Shown: positions 1-8,783, numbered from the stretch's first letter. The stretch is DNA of 64,000 bases from Eubacteriales bacterium (GCA_045544855.1 JAZPZV010000006.1:2446-66445), one strand, 5' to 3'. Numbers and translations are program-made. The notes: a model not told the origin generated them from the letters alone.

Positions 1-1
1 G

Positions 2-610
2 CGAAAGGAGATCTCCCTGCCCCGCCTTGCCTCCGTAGTGGACAGAAGCTTTACGGTGGATCTGAAGCTCCCCGCCGAGGATCCCGTGTTTACCGCCCTT
101 TACGACACCTCTGTTCGGGTAGGAAGGGCCAAGGCTTCCACCGGGGAAGGGGGCGTGGTGCTGACGGGCGCTCTCACCGTTTCCGCCCTTGGAGAAGGGA
201 TGGACGGGGTGCTTCATCGGGATCATACCGCAGAGTTTGAGCAGTTTATCCCTGCGGAAGTTCCGGAAGGGCTTTCCGAGATCGGGGTGGAGATCACGCC
301 CTTTGAGGTGTTGCCCACTCTCCATTCCGACGGCAGTATTTCCGCAAGAGTGATCTGCAACGCTACTCTCTCCTTCCATACAAAAGAGCAGGTGTCCTTC
401 CTTTGTGACCCCGTGGCCCAGACGGAGCCTGAGGAGGAAGATCCTTATTCCGTGGCGTATTTCTACCCCGCCAAGACGGATACTCTTTGGTCGGTGGCCA
501 AGAAATACCGCATCGACCCTGCCAAGCTGAGAGCCGACAACCCCACCTCCTTTGACGAAAGCGGACGTCTGGCGGCAGGCATTCGCACGGTGACCGTGTT
601 AAAGGGATAA
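2..610 (+). CDS. SPOCS/DUF3794 + C-terminal LysM protein (SipL/CotE-like spore coat protein), 5' truncated by the window edge
   Basis: Frame is open from position 2. C-terminal LysM-like motif YFYPAKTDTLWSVAKKYRIDPAKLRADNP follows a beta-rich region. Confidence 0.65.
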   Translation, partial: RKEISLPRLASVVDRSFTVDLKLPAEDPVFTALYDTSVRVGRAKASTGEGGVVLTGALTVSALGEGMDGVLHRDHTAEFEQFIPAEVPEGLSEIGVEITPFEVLPTLHSDGSISARVICNATLSFHTKEQVSFLCDPVAQTEPEEEDPYSVAYFYPAKTDTLWSVAKKYRIDPAKLRADNPTSFDESGRLAAGIRTVTVLKG

Positions 611-614
611 AAAT

Positions 615-649
615 GGCTCCCGCAGGGTGATCCTTTGCGGGAGCTTTTC
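615..649. terminator. Intrinsic terminator between convergent genes
   Basis: GCTCCCGCA...TGCGGGAGC hairpin followed by TTTT. Confidence 0.6.
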
Positions 650-657
650 CGTGTTCG

Positions 658-1404
658 CTATTTTTCCAAGCAGGAAGCAAACTTGTTCGAGAACATCTCG
701 TATTCCCGTTCCTCGGTGATCCAGACGATGACCTCCGCCTCGGCGATCCCCAGGCGTCTGTAGGCTTCCAAACGGTGGTTGCCGTCGTTCAGCTCAAACA
801 CACCCTCGGATTCTCCGTAGGGAATGAGATAATGGACGATCAACGGGGGCAGATCCTGCTTTGCGGCGATGACCTCCCGAAGGTTGGCAACGTGCTGTTC
901 AAACCACTCCTCGTTGACCCGCCACTTCATGTGGGGTTCGGGGCCACAGCAACGAGCAAACAGCGACAGCGGCATTTTCACAGGGCCGAGAAAACGGCGG
1001 GGAAACAACCGCAACCCGCGGGAAAACTCTTCGTTGTGTCCGTCGGAAAGCAGATAGGTGTGCACCCAATCCTCCAATCTTCCGCAATCGGCAAACGCTT
1101 TGGCGGAAGACAGGGTACAACGGTATTCGGGCATAAATTCCTCCTTCTTCGCGTAAACGATCTTTTTGATGGATTCAAGAGAAAGATAGAATTCATCTGC
1201 CAATTGCTCCACGCCGGCGCCTGCGCGGAACTTCGACTTGATGGCCTCGTTTCTTTGGGCAAGGTATTGCTTATACCCGGAGGTTTGGCCCCAGCTCCGC
1301 TTGGTATCCCCCGCGGGAATATACACAAGCTGTCCGGAGGCGTATTTTTGGATCTCCCGCAAAAGTGCTTCGGGGAAAACGTCCTTGCCGTTGCGATACT
1401 TCAT
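658..1404 (-). CDS. CD3324-family (Mor-like HTH) domain fused to a ParB/Srx N-terminal-like domain
   Basis: N-terminus MKYRNGKDVFPEALLREIQKY..G.LVYIP and LADEFYLSLESIKKIVY. C-terminus LPPLIV..FELNDGNHRLEAYRRLG (ParB-like DGxHR). SD GAGGAG upstream. Confidence 0.75.
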   Translation of the reverse strand: MKYRNGKDVFPEALLREIQKYASGQLVYIPAGDTKRSWGQTSGYKQYLAQRNEAIKSKFRAGAGVEQLADEFYLSLESIKKIVYAKKEEFMPEYRCTLSSAKAFADCGRLEDWVHTYLLSDGHNEEFSRGLRLFPRRFLGPVKMPLSLFARCCGPEPHMKWRVNEEWFEQHVANLREVIAAKQDLPPLIVHYLIPYGESEGVFELNDGNHRLEAYRRLGIAEAEVIVWITEEREYEMFSNKFASCLEK

Positions 1405-1485
1405 TCTACCAGCTCCTCTCGAAAAACATCATACACCGCCACCGCGAAAAAAGAAAGATACCGAACGGTTACAACTGTTTTTTAC

Positions 1486-1514
1486 AGAATACCACAAAGG
1501 AACGGCAAAGGCAA
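1486..1514 (-). promoter_or_regulatory. Sigma-A promoter for the CD3324 fusion gene
   Basis: TTGCCT-17-TATTCT with an extended -10 TG. Confidence 0.45.
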
Positions 1515-1566
1515 GGCAAGGAAACGCATTTTCTTCCCAAAAAGGCGGGAATTGCCGTTTTCTTGC

Positions 1567-1595
1567 TTGAAAAGTTCACAAATTTGTGTTATACT
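1567..1595 (+). promoter_or_regulatory. Sigma-A promoter for the mntR-like gene, with palindrome CACAAATTTGTG in the spacer
   Basis: TTGAAA-17-TATACT with TG. Perfect 12-bp palindrome at 1577-1588. Confidence 0.6.
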
Positions 1596-1628
1596 ACCCT
1601 TACGATCAACAAAAAGGAGGTGCCGTTT

Positions 1629-1991
1629 ATGCATTTGCAGGAATCCGGCGAGATGTATCTGGAGACCATTCTGACTCTGACCAAGAGGGGCGTTCCCTTC
1701 CGTTCCATCGACGTATGCGAGGAGATGGGGTATTCCAAGCCCAGCGTCAGCCGTGCCATGGGGTTGCTCAAAAAGGGCGAGTTCATCACCGTGGACAAAA
1801 GCGGCTATATCTCCCTGACGGAAGCGGGGCGCGAGGTGGCGGAGAAGGTCTTTGCACGGCACACCCTGTTGACCTCCCTGTTGACAAAGCTGGGAGTAGA
1901 TCCCGAAACTGCCGCAGAGGACGCCTGCAAGATGGAGCACGTCATCAGCGACACCACCTTCGAGGCCATTAAAAGCTATTTGGAAAAGTAA
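1629..1991 (+). CDS. DtxR/MntR family metal-dependent transcriptional regulator
   Basis: ESGEMYLETI, SKPSVSRAM and AEDACKMEHVIS motifs. SD AGGAGG before ATG 1629. Confidence 0.9.
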   Translation: MHLQESGEMYLETILTLTKRGVPFRSIDVCEEMGYSKPSVSRAMGLLKKGEFITVDKSGYISLTEAGREVAEKVFARHTLLTSLLTKLGVDPETAAEDACKMEHVISDTTFEAIKSYLEK

Positions 1992-1999
1992 CAAGCGAT

Positions 2000-2030
2000 G
2001 AGCCGCGTCACGGATGACGCGGCTCGTTTT
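2000..2030. terminator. Bidirectional terminator hairpin
   Basis: GAGCCGCGTCA-CGGA-TGACGCGGCTC-GTTTT. Confidence 0.7.
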
Positions 2031-2032
2031 GT

Positions 2033-3454
2033 TTAGTTACTCATGACGGCAAGAAATTCCTTTGGAAAGTGTAGCTTGTACCACATCAGTTTTCCGGCTA
2101 TTTCCACCCGGGAGACGCCGAAGGCTTTTGGGAACAGATATCCGATCTTGCAAAGGGATTCCAAAAACCACTCCTCTAAGCCGCACGCCCTCATCAGCTT
2201 ACGCTCTGCAGCGGGGAGGCCGCTCCTCGCATACCGCCCTTTGCGGGTGTCCTCCATAAGCTTATAGGCGTAGCCCGTGTCGTGAATGCCCTTCTCCGCA
2301 AGCGTTTTCCGCACGGCAAGGAAAATGTCGTCCCGATAGGCCACAAGCTCCTCAAGAGGGTGCCCCTGCCGAACCAAATCTTCCCCATTGTCCTGCCAGG
2401 TGCCCGTGCCGTGAGCCAAGCCCAGAAGCCGGATCAGGTCGGAAAAGCTCTTCGGGGAAACGGTTTTCAGCAAGTGCTTCATATGTTCCGATCGGAAATC
2501 GGGGATGTCATCCGTTTCGCCCTGTTCAAAAGCCTCCATCACTTCACATTCGCAGAAGGGAGCTCCGTCAAAGGTGGTTCCCGTAGCCTGCTCCAAAAGG
2601 GAGAGGCGGGCAAGGGCTTCGTCCGCGCAGAGGGTAAAGGTGCAGGCATAGCCGCCGTTTTTCACTGTCAGGGTCTCGGTGCCGTCGATTCCCCGCGTTT
2701 CCGTTTGCAGAGTACAATCCTTGAAATAGTCTGCGGCGAAGTTTTTCGCAAAAGGAAAGAAACACGGGGTCACGGAAATATCGAAGCTCGTATTTCTCTG
2801 CACCACGTGGCGATAGGTCTCGAAGGGGATCCGGTGACCCTCCCCTCGCATCGTCCCGCCGCAGGAACAAGCACGAGGCAAAAGATCCCAACCGTCGGAA
2901 ACGGTATCCACCCATTCCACCTTGCGGCAAGCGGGGCAATAATAGTGAGGCTCCAGCGGATTCACGTCACTCGCCCCCAGCAAATACGCCACGAAAAACG
3001 CACCGGAACCGCCCGGCGAGTTGATATGCGCCTTTTGCTTTTTCGCCTCATCGGACAGCCGTGCTATCAGCTCCCAATAGACGATCATATCCCCGTTTTG
3101 CAGTTCCGCCTGCTCGGTAAGGTAACGGCTCCAGATAAGAACGGGAGGGATCTCGCCGTATTTCTCCCGCAAATTGGTTAGCGCTTTGCTCCATATTTGA
3201 TTTTTCATTGCAAATACTCCTTTGATCCCCCCTTGAATGGGGGTATGATATTTGCAAGACAGAAGCTCATCGACGCTGACTCCCAGCACTTGCCCCAGCC
3301 TGGACAAAACGCCGCTTTGGGGTTTGGCAGAGCCGTTTTCCCATTTGGAAACCGCTTTGTCAGAAACGCCGATCAGCATACCGAGCTGGAATTGCGTCAG
3401 GCATCTACGCACCCGCAGCTCGTGCAGAAAATTACCAAAACTATAGTCTCTCAT
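2033..3454 (-). CDS. XRE-family HTH fused to a truncated, degenerate PolC-type (DNA polymerase III alpha) palm/fingers domain
   Basis: HTH LTQFQLGMLIGVSDKAVSKWENG. PolC-like motifs FVAYLLGASDVNPLEPHYYCPAC, GHRIPFETY, PKSFSDLIRLLGLAHGTGTW, RDDI and KIGYLFPKA..WYKLHFPKEF. SD GGAGGAG before ATG 3454. Confidence 0.8.
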   Translation of the reverse strand: MRDYSFGNFLHELRVRRCLTQFQLGMLIGVSDKAVSKWENGSAKPQSGVLSRLGQVLGVSVDELLSCKYHTPIQGGIKGVFAMKNQIWSKALTNLREKYGEIPPVLIWSRYLTEQAELQNGDMIVYWELIARLSDEAKKQKAHINSPGGSGAFFVAYLLGASDVNPLEPHYYCPACRKVEWVDTVSDGWDLLPRACSCGGTMRGEGHRIPFETYRHVVQRNTSFDISVTPCFFPFAKNFAADYFKDCTLQTETRGIDGTETLTVKNGGYACTFTLCADEALARLSLLEQATGTTFDGAPFCECEVMEAFEQGETDDIPDFRSEHMKHLLKTVSPKSFSDLIRLLGLAHGTGTWQDNGEDLVRQGHPLEELVAYRDDIFLAVRKTLAEKGIHDTGYAYKLMEDTRKGRYARSGLPAAERKLMRACGLEEWFLESLCKIGYLFPKAFGVSRVEIAGKLMWYKLHFPKEFLAVMSN

Positions 3455-3481
3455 AAGCTCCTCCGTCTGCTTGCTGTCTTT

Positions 3482-3510
3482 ATGGTAGCACAAAACGCGC
3501 CCCTGCGCAA
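3482..3510 (-). promoter_or_regulatory. Putative sigma-A promoter of the XRE-PolC-like gene
   Basis: TTGCGC-17-TACCAT with TG. Confidence 0.4.
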
Positions 3511-3545
3511 GGGGGAAGGCCTCTACCGCAGGTAGAAGATGGGGC

Positions 3546-3586
3546 AAAAATCCCGCAAGCCAAAAACGGTTTGCGGGATCTTTTTA
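3546..3586 (-). terminator. Terminator after the NUDIX gene
   Basis: ATCCCGCAAGCC...GGTTTGCGGGAT hairpin flanked by A and T runs. Confidence 0.65.
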
Positions 3587-3991
3587 TTTGGTGAGGTAAT
3601 CGTTGGCCGCCTTCAGCATTTCCTTGGCGTTGTCGAAGGTGAGCATTTTAAAAGCCTTCTCAAAAGGAAGCAGGTGATACCGAAAACGCTCAAATCCCGG
3701 ATTGTGGGAAGGGGTCTGATAGCCGATGTTCCCGGGGAAATACACCACGGTCTTGTCGTTGCCGTTTCGCATATGATAGGTGATCTCGTAGCGGAAGGCG
3801 GGATCGATCCGAGGCTTGACGGAGGCCTCCTCCCAGGTCTCCCGGAAGGCTGTCTCTATTTCCGTTTCTTTCCCCTCCATATGTCCCTTGGGAAAGCCGC
3901 AAACGCCGTCATCCCCGGTCTGCACCAGGAGATACAGGATCTGCCCGTTTTTGACGGTATAGGGAATGGTTCCGCAGGAACGTTCTAACAT
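3584..3991 (-). CDS. NUDIX hydrolase (Ap4A hydrolase-like)
   Basis: ERSCG N-terminus and Nudix box GFPKGHMEGKETEIETAFRETWEEA. Confidence 0.85.
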   Translation of the reverse strand: MLERSCGTIPYTVKNGQILYLLVQTGDDGVCGFPKGHMEGKETEIETAFRETWEEASVKPRIDPAFRYEITYHMRNGNDKTVVYFPGNIGYQTPSHNPGFERFRYHLLPFEKAFKMLTFDNAKEMLKAANDYLTK

Positions 3992-4014
3992 GGGATCACC
4001 TCGTTTGGATTCGT

Positions 4015-5100
4015 TTAAGAAAGATAGGAAGAAAGCAGATCGGAAAGCACCTGTGCGCCCCCGGCAAAGCTTGCCATGGCGACGTATTCCTCCCGTGTAT
4101 GGGCGCCGCCGCCCGCCACCAGCCCGATGCATACCGCAGGGATCCCCATGGAAAGGGGCAGGTTGCAATCGGTGGATGCGGGATACCGCACAGGCAAGGG
4201 AAGCCCCGCAAAGGCGGTTTCGCATCGGGTCACCAAGGCCTGTTGCTTAGCTTCCTCCACGTTGCCGCAGGGACGGATGCCGATGGTCTCCACCGTAAGG
4301 TTGCAATCTTTGACATTGTTGCAGGCGGACCGGAACTGTGTTTCCATTTTGGCAAAGTTCTCGTGGCGGTCACTGCGGAATTCATACAGCAGGGAAGCCT
4401 CGGCGGCGATGGTGTTCACCGTGGTACCTCCCGTAATACTGCCGAAGTTGAAGGTGGTGATGCCCTTCTCGGGCAGGGGCTGTTTTTCCAGCTCCGCAAC
4501 CAGACCGCACAGCTTGGCGATGGCGTTGGGAGTGCCGAAATCACGGAAGGAATGTCCCCCCGCCGTCTTTGCCGTGACGCGGTAGCGCATGGATCCCACG
4601 CAGGTATCGTGGAGCTTTTCCAGATAGCTGTCGAAGGAGATCACCTCCCGCAGACGGCTTCCGTAACGCTCCATCAAGGCGCGGCATCCCAGCAGGTTCC
4701 CCTCTCCCTCCTCGCACACGTTGGCGGCGAAGACGAAGGTGATTCCCGCAGGAAGGGTCTGCTTTGCCATCTCTGCACCGCCGTGGAGCAGAAAGGCCAC
4801 GTGGGCGGTATCGTCCCCGATGCCGGGGCAATACAGGCGGTCTCCCTCCTCCCGCAGGACGAGAGGGGTATTTTCGTCAAAGACGATATCCGTGTGGGCC
4901 ATGAACAGCACCACGGGGGTATCCTCTCCCCCACCCAGCTCCAGGATCACGTTCCCAACCTCGTCGGCAAAGGCGTTCAGCCCAAGGGAACGCCACCACT
5001 CCAGACAGAAGACGGTGCGCTTCCCTTCCGACTTGCTGGGTGCGGGGATCACCGCAAGGGATTTGGTAAGGGCGAGGATCTTGTTTGCATCAAAGATCAT
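4015..5100 (-). CDS. M20/M25/M40 family metallopeptidase/amidohydrolase
   Basis: AHTDIV, PGIGDD, CEEG, GGHS, STDCN and GGAHTREE motifs. Confidence 0.88.
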   Translation of the reverse strand: MIFDANKILALTKSLAVIPAPSKSEGKRTVFCLEWWRSLGLNAFADEVGNVILELGGGEDTPVVLFMAHTDIVFDENTPLVLREEGDRLYCPGIGDDTAHVAFLLHGGAEMAKQTLPAGITFVFAANVCEEGEGNLLGCRALMERYGSRLREVISFDSYLEKLHDTCVGSMRYRVTAKTAGGHSFRDFGTPNAIAKLCGLVAELEKQPLPEKGITTFNFGSITGGTTVNTIAAEASLLYEFRSDRHENFAKMETQFRSACNNVKDCNLTVETIGIRPCGNVEEAKQQALVTRCETAFAGLPLPVRYPASTDCNLPLSMGIPAVCIGLVAGGGAHTREEYVAMASFAGGAQVLSDLLSSYLS

Positions 5101-6475
5101 ACTTGCTCATGTCGGGCAGGTAAGACAGGGCTTTTTTGATCTCCTCGTCGGAGGGGATGTAGTCCGTCATCTTGCCGTCGTGGAATTTTTCGTAGGCGTA
5201 CATATCGAAGTAGCCCGTGCCCGTGAGACCGAAGAGAATGGTCTTCTCCTCCCCCGTCTCACGGCAACGGATGGCTTCGTCCATGGCCGCCTTGATGGCG
5301 TGGGAGCTTTCGGGTGCGGGGAGGGTGCCCTCCGCTCTGGCGAAGTATTCCGCCGCGGCGAAGACCTCCGTCTGGGGAACGGAGATGGCTTCCAGCAAGC
5401 CGTCCGCGCGGAGCTGGGACAGAATGGGGCTCATGCCGTGGTAGCGCAAGCCGCCCGCGTGGTTGGGAGCGGGGATATAGTTGCTTCCCAGAGTATACAT
5501 CTTTGCCAGGGGGCAGACCATACCCGTATCGCAATAGTCGTAAGCAAAAGCGCCTCTGGTCAGGCTGGGGCAGGATGCGGGCTCCACAGCGATGAAACGG
5601 TAATCCGCCTCGCCTCTCAGCTTCTCGCCCATGAAGGGAGCGATCAAGCCGCCCAGATTACTGCCGCCGCCGGCACAGCCGATGATCACGTCGGGCTTGA
5701 TGCCGTATTTATCCATGGCCGCCTTGGCCTCCAGGCCGATGATGGACTGGTGGAGCATTACCTGGTTCAACACGCTTCCCAGCACGTAGCGGTAGCCGGG
5801 GGTGTTGGTGGCGACCTCCACCGCCTCGGAAATGGCACAGCCCAAGCTGCCGCCTGTTCCGGGGTGTTTTTCCAGGATCCTTCTGCCCACCTCTGTCTCC
5901 ATGGAAGGAGAAGGAGTGACGGAAGCGCCGTAGGTACGCATCACTTCCCTGCGGAAGGGCTTCTGCTCGTAGGACACCTTTACCATGTAGACCTTGCAAT
6001 CCAAGCCAAGGTAAGCGCAGGCCATGGAAAGGGCGGTGCCCCATTGCCCCGCACCCGTCTCGGTGGTGACGCCGGTAAGGCCCTGTTTTTTGGCGTAGTA
6101 GGCCTGGGCGATGGCGGAATTCAGCTTATGAGAGCCGCTGGTGTTGTTGCCCTCGAACTTATAATAGATCTTGGCGGGGGTCTTCAGCTTTTCCTCCAGA
6201 CAGTAAGCACGGACCAGAGGAGCGGGACGGTACATTTTATAGAAGCTTAAGATCTCCTCGGGGATGGGGAAATAAGCGGTGTCCTCATCCACCTCCTGCT
6301 TTGCCAGCTCGGCGCAGAATACGTCGGACAATTCTTCCGCAGACATGGGCTTGCCCGTTGCGGGGTTCAGCAGAGGGGCGGGCTTGTTCTTCATATCCGC
6401 GCGGAGATTGTACCAAGCCTTAGGCATCTCGCTTTCTTCTAAGTAGATCTTGTAGGGAATCTCTTTGTTTGCCAT
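5090..6475 (-). CDS. trpB2: TrpB-like PLP-dependent enzyme (TrpB2, tryptophan synthase beta type 2)
   Basis: SGSHKLNSA PLP lysine, TTETGAGQWG, GCAGGGSN, HAGGLRYHG and PAPESSHA. Start after SD AAGGAAGG. Confidence 0.92.
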   Translation of the reverse strand: MANKEIPYKIYLEESEMPKAWYNLRADMKNKPAPLLNPATGKPMSAEELSDVFCAELAKQEVDEDTAYFPIPEEILSFYKMYRPAPLVRAYCLEEKLKTPAKIYYKFEGNNTSGSHKLNSAIAQAYYAKKQGLTGVTTETGAGQWGTALSMACAYLGLDCKVYMVKVSYEQKPFRREVMRTYGASVTPSPSMETEVGRRILEKHPGTGGSLGCAISEAVEVATNTPGYRYVLGSVLNQVMLHQSIIGLEAKAAMDKYGIKPDVIIGCAGGGSNLGGLIAPFMGEKLRGEADYRFIAVEPASCPSLTRGAFAYDYCDTGMVCPLAKMYTLGSNYIPAPNHAGGLRYHGMSPILSQLRADGLLEAISVPQTEVFAAAEYFARAEGTLPAPESSHAIKAAMDEAIRCRETGEEKTILFGLTGTGYFDMYAYEKFHDGKMTDYIPSDEEIKKALSYLPDMSKYDL

Positions 6476-6504
6476 GGTGTTTTCCTTCCTTTCTTTTTGG
6501 CGGA

Positions 6505-6783
6505 CGGGTAAAAAAACAGACCCCGTCCCGCATTGTTCAAACGCTGGGACAGGATCATTTCCTGCGGTGCCACCCGGCTTGGCGCAAAACACGCCCACCT
6601 TTACGCATACCAATATATGCAGACCTTTTTCCACGGAGGGTCATACTCCGTCGCCCATACTAAGACGTTTCCGTCTGTTCCGTTTGCCCTTGGAAGTCCA
6701 TTCCCAATTCTCTCTTCACCGCGATCCCACCGCCCGCGGCTCTCTTTGGAAGCTGTAGAAAAGGTACTCCTCTTCCGCATCGG
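6505..6783 (-). promoter_or_regulatory. T-box riboswitch with a Trp (UGG) specifier
   Basis: Stem I start GATGCGGAAGAGGAGTA, AGAGA and GGTG motifs, GAA-TGG-ACTTCC specifier (TGG at 6698-6700), T-box AAGCCGGGTGGCACCGC, and a terminator ending in a T run. Confidence 0.9.
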
Positions 6784-6791
6784 TTTGGTTC

Positions 6792-6820
6792 AGTATAGCA
6801 CACTTCTCTCCCCTTGTCAA
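6792..6820 (-). promoter_or_regulatory. Sigma-A promoter for the T-box/trpB2 transcript
   Basis: TTGACA-17-TATACT with TG. Confidence 0.8.
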
Positions 6821-6831
6821 GCGGTAGAACG

Positions 6832-6861
6832 AAAAAAAGAGAGCACCCGAAGGCACTCTCT
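6832..6861 (-). terminator. Terminator after the HPr-like gene
   Basis: GAGAGTGCC-TTC-GGGTGCTCTC followed by T7 on the minus strand. Confidence 0.7.
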
Positions 6862-6875
6862 GTATGTGTTTGGGT

Positions 6876-7118
6876 TCAGATGATGAACTTTTCGAAGGCG
6901 TGGTAGCAATCGAAATCCGCTTCCACGTAAAGCTCATCCCAAGCCACACGGGCCATGTGGGCACCCAGCAGGCTTTTGGCGTTGATCTTCATGTTCTCAC
7001 CCACCAAATACACCTCGCCCTTGCAAGCGGTTGCGGCACGGTTGAACGCATTCACGTCACTGACCGTATCCAGAACCACGCGATACAGATAAGTTTGCGC
7101 TTGTTTTACGTTTTTCAT
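6876..7118 (-). CDS. HPr-family phosphocarrier-like protein lacking the His15 motif
   Basis: 80 aa. INAKSLLG (Ser46-type motif) is present and the GLHARP motif is absent. SD AAAGGA. Confidence 0.65.
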   Translation of the reverse strand: MKNVKQAQTYLYRVVLDTVSDVNAFNRAATACKGEVYLVGENMKINAKSLLGAHMARVAWDELYVEADFDCYHAFEKFII

Positions 7119-7181
7119 ACGAACGATCATTCCTTTCAAGATCAATTTGGAAATCAAAAGTACTCTTTCAATTTCGCCTGT

Positions 7182-7210
7182 ATCTTAGCACTTTTATTCA
7201 CAAAATGCAA
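7182..7210 (-). promoter_or_regulatory. Putative promoter of the HPr-like gene
   Basis: TTGCAT-17-TAAGAT with TG. Confidence 0.5.
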
Positions 7211-7321
7211 GAATGATTTTCGATATATTTCACAAATTCATTTATTCGATTTTGTGCAATTATAACAAACGCTTGTATACTTCGACCAAATGGCACAATC
7301 TTCGATTGTGCAGTTCGACCG

Positions 7322-8770
7322 TCAATCCTCCAGGAAGCGGCGGATCTTGGGCACCAACTGCTTTTGCATCTCGGGAATGGTGTCTCGGGTGGTCCAGCTG
7401 CACCAATAGGTATAGCCGCCCTGGGTCAGGGAGCGGGGGGTGGCCATGTAGCTGTAATAGCCGTTGCACTGGTCCAAAGGAATGGTCTTGGCGCCTGTGA
7501 AGGTGGAGCGCAACCAGGTGGCCAGCTCGGTAAGGCTCTCCCCGGGAACGCCTACGAAGAGATACTCGCCCAAACGGACGCAGGGGATGTCGATGGTGAC
7601 CATACGGCTTGCCAGGGTCTCGTCGTCAAAGCCGCAGATGGAGGTGGCCATACTGCAGTTGTAGTGGGCCTTGTACCAATCGTCGATGACACGCTTCATC
7701 TGCGCGGGGGTGAGGGTGGGATCCGCCAGAGCCTTGCGGTAAGCCTCCTCGCTCTCTCTGCAAAGGCGATCGTGATCCGCCCAAGCTTCTGCCACGCTGT
7801 GGGGCATATCGTCGCGCATGGGAACGGTAACGGTGAAGGTCTCGGTCTTGAGGATGTCGGACTTGAAGGTATAACGGTGCTCCTCAAAGGACTTCTCCAG
7901 CTTTTCCGCAAACCAGGTGCCCAGTCTTTGACATTCCTTATCGCTGGCAATAAAATCGTCGATGCCGTCGTAGCCCTTCTTGGTGGTCAAGTCGCCGCAG
8001 GGGCCGTTGAGGTAGACAGAGGTGCCGCCGAAATCCTGCTCCAGCTTGGTGGAAAGGTAGCCCGGCCAGTCGTAGTCGTAGCGGTACATCCCCGCCTTGC
8101 CCTCCACGGGACGAAGCTCAAACAGCACCGCCACGTCGGGGTGGGCGGCGAAGCGGGACATGGTGCCCAGCACCTCGCCCTCCTCACTCTTGAAGACGAA
8201 GAGATAGGCCAAGGGGTCGTTCAGATTGTCGAAGTACAAAGGCTTTTCCAGCACCTCCATGTGGGGACGGTAGTCCTTGAGGAGCATGATACCCTCGTTT
8301 TGGGTGCAGGGCTTGCCCTGCTCGTCAAAGCCCATGCCCGTCCAGACGGTAACGCCGCCAAGACCTTCCACGTACTGCTCGCGGTTAAAGCTGCAATCCG
8401 TGCCGAAATAGGCTTCGGACACTTCGCAAACATAGGGAACGGCCTTCTGTTGCAGTTCCTTCACCGTCTCCACGGCGCGGGCAATGATGTTGTCCATGCC
8501 CTCGTGCATATTGTCGGAGTAGGGTGCGGCGTGGGCCTGTAATTCGTGGAACACGATGCTTTTGGCGGGAATGCCGCATTTCTCGCCCACCTCCTTGCAG
8601 AACTTGCGGGCGTCACAGGCCCAAGTGCCCAGGGAGTCGAAGGCGCAGAACAACGCCTGCTCTTCCCCGCTCTTGAAATACGCCATACGGCAATAGAGGT
8701 CGGTGTGGTAGGGCCACTTGGGGGTGAAGGTGTCTTTGATGGAAAATTTTCCGAAGCTGCAGAGTGACAT
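7322..8770 (-). CDS. Neutral/alkaline ceramidase-like hydrolase (hypothetical)
   Basis: LQAHAAP, FAAHP, DWPG, LNGPCGD, VGVPGE and NGYYSY motifs typical of bacterial ceramidase-like proteins. ATG 8770 with SD AAAGGA. Confidence 0.6.
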   Translation of the reverse strand: MSLCSFGKFSIKDTFTPKWPYHTDLYCRMAYFKSGEEQALFCAFDSLGTWACDARKFCKEVGEKCGIPAKSIVFHELQAHAAPYSDNMHEGMDNIIARAVETVKELQQKAVPYVCEVSEAYFGTDCSFNREQYVEGLGGVTVWTGMGFDEQGKPCTQNEGIMLLKDYRPHMEVLEKPLYFDNLNDPLAYLFVFKSEEGEVLGTMSRFAAHPDVAVLFELRPVEGKAGMYRYDYDWPGYLSTKLEQDFGGTSVYLNGPCGDLTTKKGYDGIDDFIASDKECQRLGTWFAEKLEKSFEEHRYTFKSDILKTETFTVTVPMRDDMPHSVAEAWADHDRLCRESEEAYRKALADPTLTPAQMKRVIDDWYKAHYNCSMATSICGFDDETLASRMVTIDIPCVRLGEYLFVGVPGESLTELATWLRSTFTGAKTIPLDQCNGYYSYMATPRSLTQGGYTYWCSWTTRDTIPEMQKQLVPKIRRFLED

Positions 8771-8783
8771 GGTGAACTTCCTT

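Noticed and set aside
2033..3454. Functional replicative polC
   Set aside because: It is about one third of PolC length, lacks the PHP, exonuclease and OB domains, and has degenerate catalytic motifs.
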